Below, in pieces: positions 37,386 through 46,316 of a stretch of 64,000 nt of DNA. The stretch's first letter is position 1. Each line of letters begins with the position of its first letter. The DNA is from Pseudomonadota bacterium (lineage in GTDB: Bacteria; Pseudomonadota; Gammaproteobacteria; Burkholderiales; SG8-39), in contig JANXRV010000123.1 of the NCBI GenBank assembly GCA_025356665.1, positions 8,113-72,112 on the forward strand, written 5' to 3'. A model generated the notes under the pieces. The model did not search any database. It was given only the letters and a program-made list of their open reading frames with translations, and was not told where the DNA came from. Position numbers and translations under genes: made by a program.

Positions 37386-38381
37386 ATGCTGCAATCTCAG
37401 TGCTTGCCACGCCGTCGCACACTTGCCGCGGCGTTCGCGTGCGTTTTTGCCTTACTGCTTTCGCCCTCGGCCGCCTGGTCGCAGGCCTGGCCGAGCAGGA
37501 CGGTGAAGATCGTCGTGCCCTATCCGGCCGGCGGCGGCACCGACGTGATGGCGCGTTTTCTCGCGCAAAAATTTTCCGAAATGTGGGGCCAGCCTGTGGT
37601 GGTCGAGAACAAGGGCGGGGCCGGCGGCAACATCGGCGCCGACCAGGTCGCCAAGTCGGCGCCAGACGGCTACACGCTGGTGATGATGCCCAGCAACCTG
37701 TCCATCAACCCCTCGTTGTTTGACAAAACCCCCTGGGACGCGGTCAAGGACTTTTCACCGATAGGCACCGTGGCCACCTCACCCATCATGGTTGGGGTCA
37801 GCGCCGGTGTGCCGGCCAACTCGATCAAGGAACTGATCGCGCTCGCCAAGGCCAAGCCCGGTTCGCTCAATTACATTTCCTGCGGCGGCGGCTCGCCCCA
37901 GCACATCGCCGGAGAAATGTTCAACGCCATGGCTGGCGTGCAGATGCAGCATGTGCCCTACAAGGGCTGCGGCGCGGCGATTCCCGATGCCGTGGCCGGC
38001 GTGGTGCAGGTGCTGTTCAGTACGGTCGCGAACATGAATCCACACATCAAGTCGGGCAAGTTGAAGGGCTTTGCCGTGGCCGGAGCAAAACGCAGCGAAC
38101 TGGTGCCCGATGTGCCGACGGTGTCCGAAGCGGGTCTGCCGGGCTACAACTTCGACGTCTGGTTCGGCCTGCTCGCGCCGGCCAAGACGCCGCGCGATGT
38201 CATCGTCAAGATAAACCGCGACATCAACTCGCTACTGGCGCAAAAGGATGTGAAAGAGCGACTGCAGGGGCAGTTCTATGACGTGATGCCGGGCACGCCC
38301 GAGCAGTTCGCGACGCTGATCGAAAAAGACCTCGTCCGCTTTGGCAAGGTTATTCGCGATGTGGGCATCAGGCCCGAGTAA
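37386..38381 (+). CDS. Bug/TctC substrate-binding protein
   Basis: WPSRTVKIVVPYPAGGGTD, VENKGGAGG, PDGYTL and HVPYKG motifs. Confidence 0.95.
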   Translation: MLQSQCLPRRRTLAAAFACVFALLLSPSAAWSQAWPSRTVKIVVPYPAGGGTDVMARFLAQKFSEMWGQPVVVENKGGAGGNIGADQVAKSAPDGYTLVMMPSNLSINPSLFDKTPWDAVKDFSPIGTVATSPIMVGVSAGVPANSIKELIALAKAKPGSLNYISCGGGSPQHIAGEMFNAMAGVQMQHVPYKGCGAAIPDAVAGVVQVLFSTVANMNPHIKSGKLKGFAVAGAKRSELVPDVPTVSEAGLPGYNFDVWFGLLAPAKTPRDVIVKINRDINSLLAQKDVKERLQGQFYDVMPGTPEQFATLIEKDLVRFGKVIRDVGIRPE

Positions 38382-38392
38382 GGGGCGGGCGC

Positions 38393-39172
38393 ATGGGCGA
38401 GAAGCGATTCGATGTGGCGGGCCGGGTGGTGATTGTCACCGGCGGCGCCTCCGGTATAGGCAAAGTGTATTGCGAGGCGCTGGTTGAGGCCGGGGCGAAG
38501 GCGGTGCTGGCCGACCTCGATGGCGAGCTCGCCGCTGCGACGGCAAAGGCATTGAGCGCCGATGGCAGCCTCGCGCTCGGCGCCGGATGCGATGTCGCGG
38601 ATGCGCAATCGGTGCAGGCCATGGTCGATGCCACGGTAAAAAAATTCGGCCGCATCGACGGCCTCGTCAACAACGCCGCATTGATGAGCGCGCTGCCGCG
38701 CGGCCCCTGGCATGCCATCGAGGAATCCGATTGGGATCGCGTTATGGGCGTGAACCTGCGCGGTCTCTTCCTGTGCAGTCGCGCCGTCTACCCGCACATG
38801 AAAAAAGCCGGCGGCGGGCGCATCGTCAATATTTCTTCCAATCGCGTATGGGAAGGCACGCCCAACCGGCTGCACTACACCACCTCCAAGGCGGGCGTGA
38901 TCGGCTTTACGAGGGCGCTGGCGCGCGAGGTCGGCGATGACAACATCACCGTCAACGCCATCACGCCGGGCTTTACCGCGAGCGAAACGCAGGTGGGCGG
39001 CAGCGACCCGGCCTACATGGCGCGCATGGCCGCCCTGAACGAGCGCAAGGCGCTCAAGCGCACGCAACTGCCCGAGGACCTGGTCGGGGCGCTGCTGTTT
39101 TTGTTGTCGGACGCGAGCGCCTACATCACCGGCCAGACCGTCAATGTCGACGGCGGCGCGATGATGCATTGA
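38393..39172 (+). CDS. SDR oxidoreductase
   Basis: TGGASGIG, NNAA, YTTSK and ITGQTVNVDGG motifs. Confidence 0.92.
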   Translation: MGEKRFDVAGRVVIVTGGASGIGKVYCEALVEAGAKAVLADLDGELAAATAKALSADGSLALGAGCDVADAQSVQAMVDATVKKFGRIDGLVNNAALMSALPRGPWHAIEESDWDRVMGVNLRGLFLCSRAVYPHMKKAGGGRIVNISSNRVWEGTPNRLHYTTSKAGVIGFTRALAREVGDDNITVNAITPGFTASETQVGGSDPAYMARMAALNERKALKRTQLPEDLVGALLFLLSDASAYITGQTVNVDGGAMMH

Positions 39173-39227
39173 GAAATGCATGGAGCAAAAATCGGCAATT
39201 CGAAGGGTAGGGAAACAAGGAGGCGGT

Positions 39228-40076
39228 ATGAACACAGTGGCGGCGGCAGGCATACAGGTAAAGCCGGTTTCACCGGCAATCGGTGCGGAGGTGAGCGGCG
39301 TTGATTTGTCGCAACCGCTCAGCGACGCCGAGTTCAGGCAGATAGAGCAGGCCTGGCATGACGGCCTGATCCTGCTCTTTCACGGCCAGCATCTTGAAGA
39401 GGAAGAGCAGGTGCGTTTTGCCGAACGCTTTGGCACCCTCGCCGGCGTGCTCAACAAGCACACCGGGCGCGGCCACCATCCGTCGGTGATGTACATCTCC
39501 AATATCAGGGAAAACGGGCAGTTGATTGGCGCGCTGCCCGACGGCGAAATGTTTTTCCATTCCGACCAGTGTTACGTCGAGCAGCCGGCCATGGCGACCA
39601 TGCTCTACGCGATGGAAATACCTTCAAAGGGTGGCGACACGCTGTTCGCCAACATGGTCAAGGCCTACGACACGCTGCCCGCCGAGCTGAAGAAAAAACT
39701 CGAAGGCCTCAAGGCTGAGAACGTCTATGACTACGAGGCGAGCGGCACCACGCGCGGCTCCAAGATAAAGGAGGGCGTGAAACACTTTGCCCATCCGGTG
39801 TTCCGCACCCACCCTGTGACCGGCCGCAAGGCGCTTTACGTCAATCGCCTGATGTCCGATCACATCGTCGGGATGCCGATCGAGGAGAGCAACGAGATAC
39901 TGAATTTTCTGTTCGATCACGCCGAAAAGCCCGAGTTCGTCCATGCCCACCAGTGGAAGGTCGGTGACCTCATCCTGTGGGACAATCGCTGCAGCCTGCA
40001 CGCGCGCAGCGATTTCGATGCGAGCGAGCGCCGCAAGTTGCGGCGCATTACCGTGCTGGGTGAAAAGCCGTATTAG
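39228..40076 (+). CDS. TauD/TfdA-family dioxygenase
   Basis: FHSD, GGDTLFAN, HPVTGRKALY and WDNRCSLHAR motifs; AAGGAGG RBS. Confidence 0.93.
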   Translation: MNTVAAAGIQVKPVSPAIGAEVSGVDLSQPLSDAEFRQIEQAWHDGLILLFHGQHLEEEEQVRFAERFGTLAGVLNKHTGRGHHPSVMYISNIRENGQLIGALPDGEMFFHSDQCYVEQPAMATMLYAMEIPSKGGDTLFANMVKAYDTLPAELKKKLEGLKAENVYDYEASGTTRGSKIKEGVKHFAHPVFRTHPVTGRKALYVNRLMSDHIVGMPIEESNEILNFLFDHAEKPEFVHAHQWKVGDLILWDNRCSLHARSDFDASERRKLRRITVLGEKPY

Positions 40077-40159
40077 ATTTAGTTGCTCCACGTAATCGGT
40101 TCGCCGGTTCAAATAAGCAGGTTCCGGCAAACCCGCGGGCAGTGCAGTGATTAGCAGGT

Positions 40160-40277
40160 CCCCTCCCCCCCTGGCGGGGGAGGGACAGGGAGAGGGGGAA
40201 AGCCCGCAAGCTCGTGTATCGTCGCGCTTGTGCGGATTCATCCTCTCCCCAGCCCTCCCCCGTCAAGGGGGAGGGGG
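40160..40277. repeat. CCCTCCCC...GGGAGGG composite palindromic (REP-like) element
   Basis: Two hairpins (ccctcccccctggcgggggaggg and ccctcccccgtcaagggggaggg) flank the inverted repeat gggagagg/cctctccc. Confidence 0.8.
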
Positions 40278-40364
40278 TAAGACGCAGGAATCGGGCGGTG
40301 CCTCATTTGCCGTTCCCGGTTTGAAACCCGAGTAAAACCCGAACCAAAGAAAGACGTAACCCCC

Positions 40365-41354
40365 ATGTCCAACATCAAACTCAGTCTCGCCATCGGCGAT
40401 TACGATCATGTGCGCGACCTGCTCGATGGCAGCGTCCGCGCCGAGGGTATAGACCTCACCGTGCTGCGCCTGCCGATCGAGGAGATTTTTTATCGCTTTG
40501 TCAAAAACCGCGAATGGGATGTGTCGGAGACCTCTTTTGGCAAGGTGGTGTCGCTCGTCTCCCAGGATGACAAGGGCCTGGTGGCCATCCCGGTGTTCCC
40601 CTCGCGCGTGTTCCGCCACTCGTCGATTTACGTGCGCAGTGAAACGGGCATTACCAAGCCGGAGGAGCTCAACGGCAAGCGCATCGGTGTGCCCGAGTGG
40701 GCGCAGACCGCCTCGGTCTACTCGCGCGGCATGTTGGCGCACGAATACGGCGTCGACCTCAAGTCCATCCACTGGCACCAGGGTGGCGTCAACGAGGCCG
40801 GGCGCATCGAGAAGGTCAAGCTGAAGCTGCCAGAGGGCATGAAGTACACCGTGGTGAAAGACAAGTCGCTGTCCGACATGCTGCTGGCCGGGGAGCTCGA
40901 CGCGGTGCTGTCGGCACGGCCGCCGCATCCGTATTCCAGCGGCGACCAGCGCGTGCGCCGCATGTTCGAGGATTACCGCACGGTCGAACTGGCTTACTGG
41001 AAAAAAACCGGCATATTCCCCATCATGCACGTCGTGACCATGCGCCGTGAAGTCTATGAGGCCAACCACTGGGTGGCGATGAATCTGCTGAAGGCCTTCA
41101 CCGAGTCGAAGGATCGCAGCCTCAAGCGCATGGCCGATATCACCGCGTCGTTTTATCCGCTGCCCTGGATGGACCAGAACACCAATATCTCGCGCGAACT
41201 GCTGGGCGAGGATTTCTGGCCCTACGGCATAGAGGGCAGCCGTAAGACCCTGGAGGCCTTTACGCAATATGCCTTCGAGCAGGGCGTGTGCCATCGCAAG
41301 GTTGCGGTGGATGAAATGTTTGCGCCTGAAGTGCTGACTACCTTCAAGGTTTAA
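40365..41354 (+). CDS. 4,5-dihydroxyphthalate decarboxylase-like protein (PBP2 fold)
   Basis: LSLAIGDYD, EEIFYR, IPVFPSRVFRHSSIY, GIFPIMH and DFWPYG motifs. Confidence 0.85.
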   Translation: MSNIKLSLAIGDYDHVRDLLDGSVRAEGIDLTVLRLPIEEIFYRFVKNREWDVSETSFGKVVSLVSQDDKGLVAIPVFPSRVFRHSSIYVRSETGITKPEELNGKRIGVPEWAQTASVYSRGMLAHEYGVDLKSIHWHQGGVNEAGRIEKVKLKLPEGMKYTVVKDKSLSDMLLAGELDAVLSARPPHPYSSGDQRVRRMFEDYRTVELAYWKKTGIFPIMHVVTMRREVYEANHWVAMNLLKAFTESKDRSLKRMADITASFYPLPWMDQNTNISRELLGEDFWPYGIEGSRKTLEAFTQYAFEQGVCHRKVAVDEMFAPEVLTTFKV

Positions 41355-41356
41355 TC

Positions 41357-41390
41357 GGCTGAAACCCGCGCCAGTCGCGGGTTTCCAGCC
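41357..41390. repeat. REP-like palindrome of the GGCTGGAAACCC family
   Basis: ggctgaaacccgcg-ccagt-cgcgggtttccagcc. Confidence 0.8.
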
Positions 41391-41459
41391 AATGCTGTGC
41401 CCGTTCAAATCGCCCGCAGGGGCTTTTAATCCGTGTCAATCATCCAGTCTGAGGATTCC

Positions 41460-42452
41460 ATGTCAAAGCTGAAACTTACGATGGCCTGTTGGGACTACGA
41501 CCGTACCAAGGCCATCGCCGACGGCACCGTGCAGCCCGACGGTATCGATGTCAATTACCTGAACCTGCCGGTGGAGGAGACCTTCTTTCGCATGCTGCGC
41601 AACCAGGAGTTCGACTGCGCCGAAATGTCGCTCTCTTCGTACAGCGTTTCGCTGATGCGTGAAAAGCAGCCCTTCATCGCCATACCGGTATTCCCCTCGC
41701 GCATGTTCCGCCACAGTGCTATCTACGTGTCCGCTAAAAGTGGCATCCGCGAGCCCAAGGATTTGATTGGCAAAAAAATCGGCACGCCCGAGTACCAGAT
41801 GACCGCGCCAGTCTGGATACGCGCCATCCTTGAAGAAGAATACGGCGTAGACCATACCAGCGTGGAATACCACACTGGCGGCGAAGAGGAGCCCGGTCGC
41901 AGCGAAAAGCTCAAGCTGGACCTGCCGCCCGCGGTAAAAATCCGCCCCATCGGGCCGACGCAGACGCTCTCCCAGATGATTCTTAACGGTGACATCGACG
42001 CGCTGGAAACCGCGCGCGCGCCCTCGACTTTTTATTCACATCCGGACCGCGTCAAGCGCCTGTTCCCGGATTTTCACACCGTCGAGCGCGACTACTACCG
42101 CAAGACGCGCATTTTTCCGATCATGCACACCTTTGTAATCCGTCGCGAACTCTACGAAGCCAACCCCTGGATCGCGCAGTCGCTGTACAAGGCGTTTGTC
42201 CAGGCGCAGCGCATCACCTACGATTCGCTGCGCGAAACGGCCGCGCTCAAGACCATGCTGCCCTGGCTGGGCGCGCATGTGGACGACCTGGTCGCCGATT
42301 TCGGCCCCGACTGGTGGGCCTATGGTCTTGAACCCAACCGCCACGTGCTCGAGACCTTTTTGCGTCATCACCACCGCCAGGGGCTGTCGAAGCGCCTGCT
42401 CAAGCCCGAAGACTTGTTCGCGCCGGAGACCTTTGAGGCCTTCAAGATCTAA
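41460..42452 (+). CDS. 4,5-dihydroxyphthalate decarboxylase-like protein (second paralog)
   Basis: LTMACWDYDRT, EETFFRM, EMSLSSY, IPVFPSRMFRHS, PEYQMTA and IFPIMH motifs. Confidence 0.87.
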   Translation: MSKLKLTMACWDYDRTKAIADGTVQPDGIDVNYLNLPVEETFFRMLRNQEFDCAEMSLSSYSVSLMREKQPFIAIPVFPSRMFRHSAIYVSAKSGIREPKDLIGKKIGTPEYQMTAPVWIRAILEEEYGVDHTSVEYHTGGEEEPGRSEKLKLDLPPAVKIRPIGPTQTLSQMILNGDIDALETARAPSTFYSHPDRVKRLFPDFHTVERDYYRKTRIFPIMHTFVIRRELYEANPWIAQSLYKAFVQAQRITYDSLRETAALKTMLPWLGAHVDDLVADFGPDWWAYGLEPNRHVLETFLRHHHRQGLSKRLLKPEDLFAPETFEAFKI

Positions 42453-42460
42453 GGGGTGAG

Positions 42461-42495
42461 TGGCTGGAAACCCGCTCCAGGCGCGGGTTTCCAGC
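42461..42495. repeat. REP-like palindrome of the GGCTGGAAACCC family between convergent genes
   Basis: tggctggaaacccgc-tccaggc-gcgggtttccagc. Confidence 0.8.
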
Positions 42496-42502
42496 GTATC
42501 TG

Positions 42503-43459
42503 CTAATCTATTTTAGCGCCGACGTCTTTGACGACCTTGCCGTACTTCTCATAGTCGGCCCTCACCATCGCGGCGAATTCCTCGGCCGTGGTGATCAGCG
42601 GCTCGAGTGCGCCCGAGCGGGCGAATTTTTCTTTCACATCGGGCAGGGCGAGTGCCTTGTTCACTTCGGTGCGCAGTCTGGCAAGCACCGGTTCCGGTGT
42701 CCCTTTGGGCGCGCACAGTCCGAGCCAGATGCTGTTGGCGAAGCCCGGATAGAACTCGCCTATCGTCGGCACGTCGGGAAAGCCCGCGAGGCGTTTTTTG
42801 CCGGCAAGGGCGAGGGCGCGCAGCTTGCCGGCGCGAATTTGCGGTCCTGCGGTTGACCCGGCGAATTCGATAGTCACTTCTCCGGCCATGGTGGCGGTGG
42901 TGGCTGGCGCCGCCCCCTTGTAGGGAACGTGCACAAGATTGATGCCGGCGCGTGTCTTGAGCATTTCCATTGATAACTGGTGCTGGCTGCCGTTGCCGCC
43001 CGAGGCGTAGGCGAGCGGCGGGTTGGCCTTCTTGGCGAACTCGATGAATTCCTGGAAGGTCCTGAACGGCGCATCCGGATTAGCGGCGAGAAAAAATTCG
43101 TTTGAAGCGATGCTCACAACGTGCGCGAGGTCCTTCATCGGATCGAAGGGCATCTTGCTGTAGACATGCGGGTTGATGACGATCTGGCTGTCGGCGCACA
43201 GCAGCAGCGTGTAGCCATCGGGCGCGGCCTTGGCGACGATATCGCCGGCGATGTTGCCGTTCGATCCGGTGCGATTCTCTATCACCACCGGCTGGCCGAA
43301 AACTTCGCCGAGTTTTTCGCCAATGACGCGGGCGGTGATGTCCGGCGCGCCGCCCGGGGGGATGTGCACGAGAATGCGAATCGGCCGGGTCGGCCAGCTT
43401 TGCGCTTGCGCGCCGCCCGCGGCCAGCGCGAGTAGCAGGACTGCCAGCAGTTGCCGCAT
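42503..43459 (-). CDS. Bug/TctC substrate-binding protein
   Basis: [25 protein letters not shown] and HVPYKG motifs. Confidence 0.94.
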   Translation of the reverse strand: MRQLLAVLLLALAAGGAQAQSWPTRPIRILVHIPPGGAPDITARVIGEKLGEVFGQPVVIENRTGSNGNIAGDIVAKAAPDGYTLLLCADSQIVINPHVYSKMPFDPMKDLAHVVSIASNEFFLAANPDAPFRTFQEFIEFAKKANPPLAYASGGNGSQHQLSMEMLKTRAGINLVHVPYKGAAPATTATMAGEVTIEFAGSTAGPQIRAGKLRALALAGKKRLAGFPDVPTIGEFYPGFANSIWLGLCAPKGTPEPVLARLRTEVNKALALPDVKEKFARSGALEPLITTAEEFAAMVRADYEKYGKVVKDVGAKID

Positions 43460-43461
43460 GC

Positions 43462-44184
43462 TCAGCGCCGCGTGAGGGCGCCTTCATCCGCGCCCTTCAT
43501 GTTGTAAAAAGTCCACATCTTGGCGATGACCTTGGGGTGCCAGATCTGGCTTTTCGCATCCGCCAGTTCCTGTCCGCTTATGGCTTGCGGCGTGCCTATC
43601 TGGCTGGCGCGAAACAGGCGCAGCGCGTTGTCTTCCAGCATCACCGATGCGGCAAAGGCCTGCTCAATGCTGTCGCCGACAATGACCGCACCGTGGCCGC
43701 GCAGCATCATCGCCTGGTTTGATCCGAGGGTGCGGGCGAGCGCTTCGCCCTGTTCGGGACGCTGTATCAGCGTCGGGTCCGGATCCACCGGCACCGTTTC
43801 GCCAAAGGCCGCGCCGGTGACGCCGACCGGGTACAGCGGTTTGCCGACGATGCTGAACAGCGTGGCGTAGGCGAGGTGCAGGTGGAACACCGCCATGACG
43901 TCGGGGCGCGCCTTGAACACACCGGTGAAGATCGGCGTTTCGCTTGGCGGATTGTTGCTGCCCTCGACCTTGTTGCCCTGCGGATCGACCACAACAAAAT
44001 CATCGCCCTCCAGCAGCCCCGGATGGCGGCCCTGGGTGCCGCGCATCTCGCGTGGATTGAGCAGCAGGTTGCCGGTCTCCGGAATGCGGGCGCCGACCAG
44101 GCCGCCGTGGTCCATCAGGCCCTCCATGTAGAGCAGCCGGCAGGCATCGGCCAGTTTGTCGCGCAGTTCCTTGCTTCCTTGCAT
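43462..44184 (-). CDS. Class II aldolase/adducin family protein
   Basis: PPSE, ARPDVMAVFHLH and LRGHGA (zinc-binding His triad). Confidence 0.88.
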   Translation of the reverse strand: MQGSKELRDKLADACRLLYMEGLMDHGGLVGARIPETGNLLLNPREMRGTQGRHPGLLEGDDFVVVDPQGNKVEGSNNPPSETPIFTGVFKARPDVMAVFHLHLAYATLFSIVGKPLYPVGVTGAAFGETVPVDPDPTLIQRPEQGEALARTLGSNQAMMLRGHGAVIVGDSIEQAFAASVMLEDNALRLFRASQIGTPQAISGQELADAKSQIWHPKVIAKMWTFYNMKGADEGALTRR

Positions 44185-44213
44185 GGTTTTTCCTTGTTTG
44201 GTCGGTGTGGTGT

Positions 44214-45200
44214 TCAGTCTATGGTCGCGCCAACTTCTTTGACCACCTTGCCGTACTTGTCGTAGTCGCGGCGCATTATTGCGGAGAATTCCCCCGGCGT
44301 GGTGATGTAGGGTTCCAGGCCGCCGGCACCATGCAGCCTTTGTTTTATTTCAGGCTTGGCCAGCAACTTGTTTATTTCGGCACGCAGTTTGGCGAGCACG
44401 GGTTCGGCCATGCCCGGCGGGCCGTACAGCGCCAGCCAGATGGTCACTTCATAGCCCGGATAGAACTGGCCGATGGTCGGTAACTCGGGGAAGGTGTCGG
44501 AGCGGTGGGCGCCGGTCACGGCGATGGCGCGCAGGCGCCCCGATTTGATCTGCGCGGCGTTAGAGGTGCCCGAGAACACCGCCATGGTTTCGCCGGCGAC
44601 GGTGGCGGTCGCCGCCGGCGTGCCGCCCTTGTAGGGTACGTGCACGAGCTCGATGCCGGCGCGCGCTTTGAGCATTTCCATCGACAAGTGGTGCTGGCTG
44701 CCGTTGCCACCCGAGGCGTAGGCGAGGGGCGGGTTGGCCTTCTTGGCGTAGGCGATGAATTCCTCGAAGGTTTTCACCGGTAGCGCAGGATTCACCGCCA
44801 GAGCGAACTGGTTGGAGGCGATGGTGGCCACCGGGGTGAGGTCCTTGAGCGTATCGAGTGGCATTCTGTTTTTGTACAGATGCGGGTTGATGACGATCTG
44901 GCTGTCGGCGCAAAGCAGCAGCGTGTAACCGTCCGGCGCCGCTTTGGCGGTCACTTCAGAGGCGATGTTGCCGTTGGAACCAACGCGGTTTTCCACCACC
45001 ACCGGCTGGCCCATGGCCTCGGACAAGGCCTGCCCGAGTACGCGCGCGACGATGTCGGGGGCGCCACCGGGCGGGATCGGCACCAGCAGTTTGATCGGGC
45101 GCGAAGGGTAGGACTGGGCCAGTGTGGCGGTGGTGAACAACGCCGTGCAAAGCAAAGCGGCGATCGTCGCGGCAGCCCACGCAAAAATGCGTCTCTTCAT
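44214..45200 (-). CDS. Bug/TctC substrate-binding protein (close paralog of 42503-43459)
   Basis: [19 protein letters not shown]; shares [13 protein letters not shown] and [10 protein letters not shown] with the paralog. Confidence 0.94.
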   Translation of the reverse strand: MKRRIFAWAAATIAALLCTALFTTATLAQSYPSRPIKLLVPIPPGGAPDIVARVLGQALSEAMGQPVVVENRVGSNGNIASEVTAKAAPDGYTLLLCADSQIVINPHLYKNRMPLDTLKDLTPVATIASNQFALAVNPALPVKTFEEFIAYAKKANPPLAYASGGNGSQHHLSMEMLKARAGIELVHVPYKGGTPAATATVAGETMAVFSGTSNAAQIKSGRLRAIAVTGAHRSDTFPELPTIGQFYPGYEVTIWLALYGPPGMAEPVLAKLRAEINKLLAKPEIKQRLHGAGGLEPYITTPGEFSAIMRRDYDKYGKVVKEVGATID

Positions 45201-45238
45201 GCGGCCTCCTCTTTGGTCATGCTCTTTGGTCGCCGGTT

Positions 45239-45264
45239 CCCCCCTCCCGCAAGGGGCGAGGGGG
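45239..45264. repeat. Single hairpin of the CCCTCCCC REP-like family
   Basis: cccccctcccgcaaggggcgaggggg. Confidence 0.5.
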
Positions 45265-45334
45265 CCTGCTGTGCTTTTCTTTCTGGAACCGGTTTTGCCC
45301 TTGCTTAACTGCTTAACTGCTTACTCTTGACTGC

Positions 45335-46069
45335 TTACTTTTTTGCGCGCGCCGCTTCGGCGACGCGTTCTTTCCACAAAGCCCATGGGCGCTCGACGGT
45401 GTCGTCGTTGGCCTTGCTCGAACCCAAGGCCTCGCCTTCTGTAAGAAAGCTGACATCGCCCAGTTTCATCGCCTCGACCTGGATGCGGGCGTTGACCTCG
45501 GCGTAAATGCCGCGGTAGACCGCCTGCTTGATCGAGTTGCCGACGGCGACCGAGCCGTGGCCGCGCATCAGCGCGAAATTGGATTTGCCCAGAACCCTGG
45601 CGAGGGCCGCGCCCTGTGTGTTGTTCTGCACCAGCATGTTGGTGTCGGGGCCGCTCTCGTCGCGTATCTCGTACACCGGCGTCGAGAAGCCGAGAAAGCC
45701 ACTCATGTGGCACACCGGCAGCAACTTGGCCTTGGTGATGCCAAAGGGGATCACCGCTACCGAGTGGCTGTGCACCACCGACATCACCTCGGGGCGCGTG
45801 CGGTAGATCTCGCTGTGGATGAAGCGCTCGAGGTAGGATTTGCGGCCCTGTGCGTCTAGGGGCTGGCCATCGGCGACCTTGTATTCGAGGATGTCTGCTG
45901 CGGTGACGGTGGCCGGCGCGATGCTGCGTGACAGGAAAAAAGTGTCCGGATTGTGGTTGTTGCGCACGCTGATGTGGCCGTAGCCGTCAACGACGCCTTC
46001 GAGAAACAGAATGTGATTGGCGGTGACGAGATCATCGATCAGCGCGGGATCGGGGGTTGCTGTGCTCAC
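45335..46069 (-). CDS. Class II aldolase/adducin family protein, pyridine-dicarboxylate decarboxylase-like
   Basis: GHISVR, YLERFIHSEIYRTRP, VHSHS and MRGHG motifs; GTG start with AGGAGG RBS. Confidence 0.9.
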   Translation of the reverse strand: MSTATPDPALIDDLVTANHILFLEGVVDGYGHISVRNNHNPDTFFLSRSIAPATVTAADILEYKVADGQPLDAQGRKSYLERFIHSEIYRTRPEVMSVVHSHSVAVIPFGITKAKLLPVCHMSGFLGFSTPVYEIRDESGPDTNMLVQNNTQGAALARVLGKSNFALMRGHGSVAVGNSIKQAVYRGIYAEVNARIQVEAMKLGDVSFLTEGEALGSSKANDDTVERPWALWKERVAEAARAKK

Positions 46070-46316
46070 TGAGCCTCCTATGGCTTTTTGATGTTGCGGA
46101 ATTCCGGCAGCGCGTGAAATGCGTGCGACGGGTGCGCAATTATGCGCCATGCCGGCCGCAAGGGCATGGTTGAGCATTGAATCAACATGCACGCAGGGCG
46201 ATCGCGCCATGGGCTTGAGAAAATCACCGGCCGCCGTAGCCTAATTCTCCTAAAATGGCATCCTTGAAATTCTCAGACCGGCGACGCCCGCCAAGGTGTC
46301 GCGCGCGCCAGTTCCC

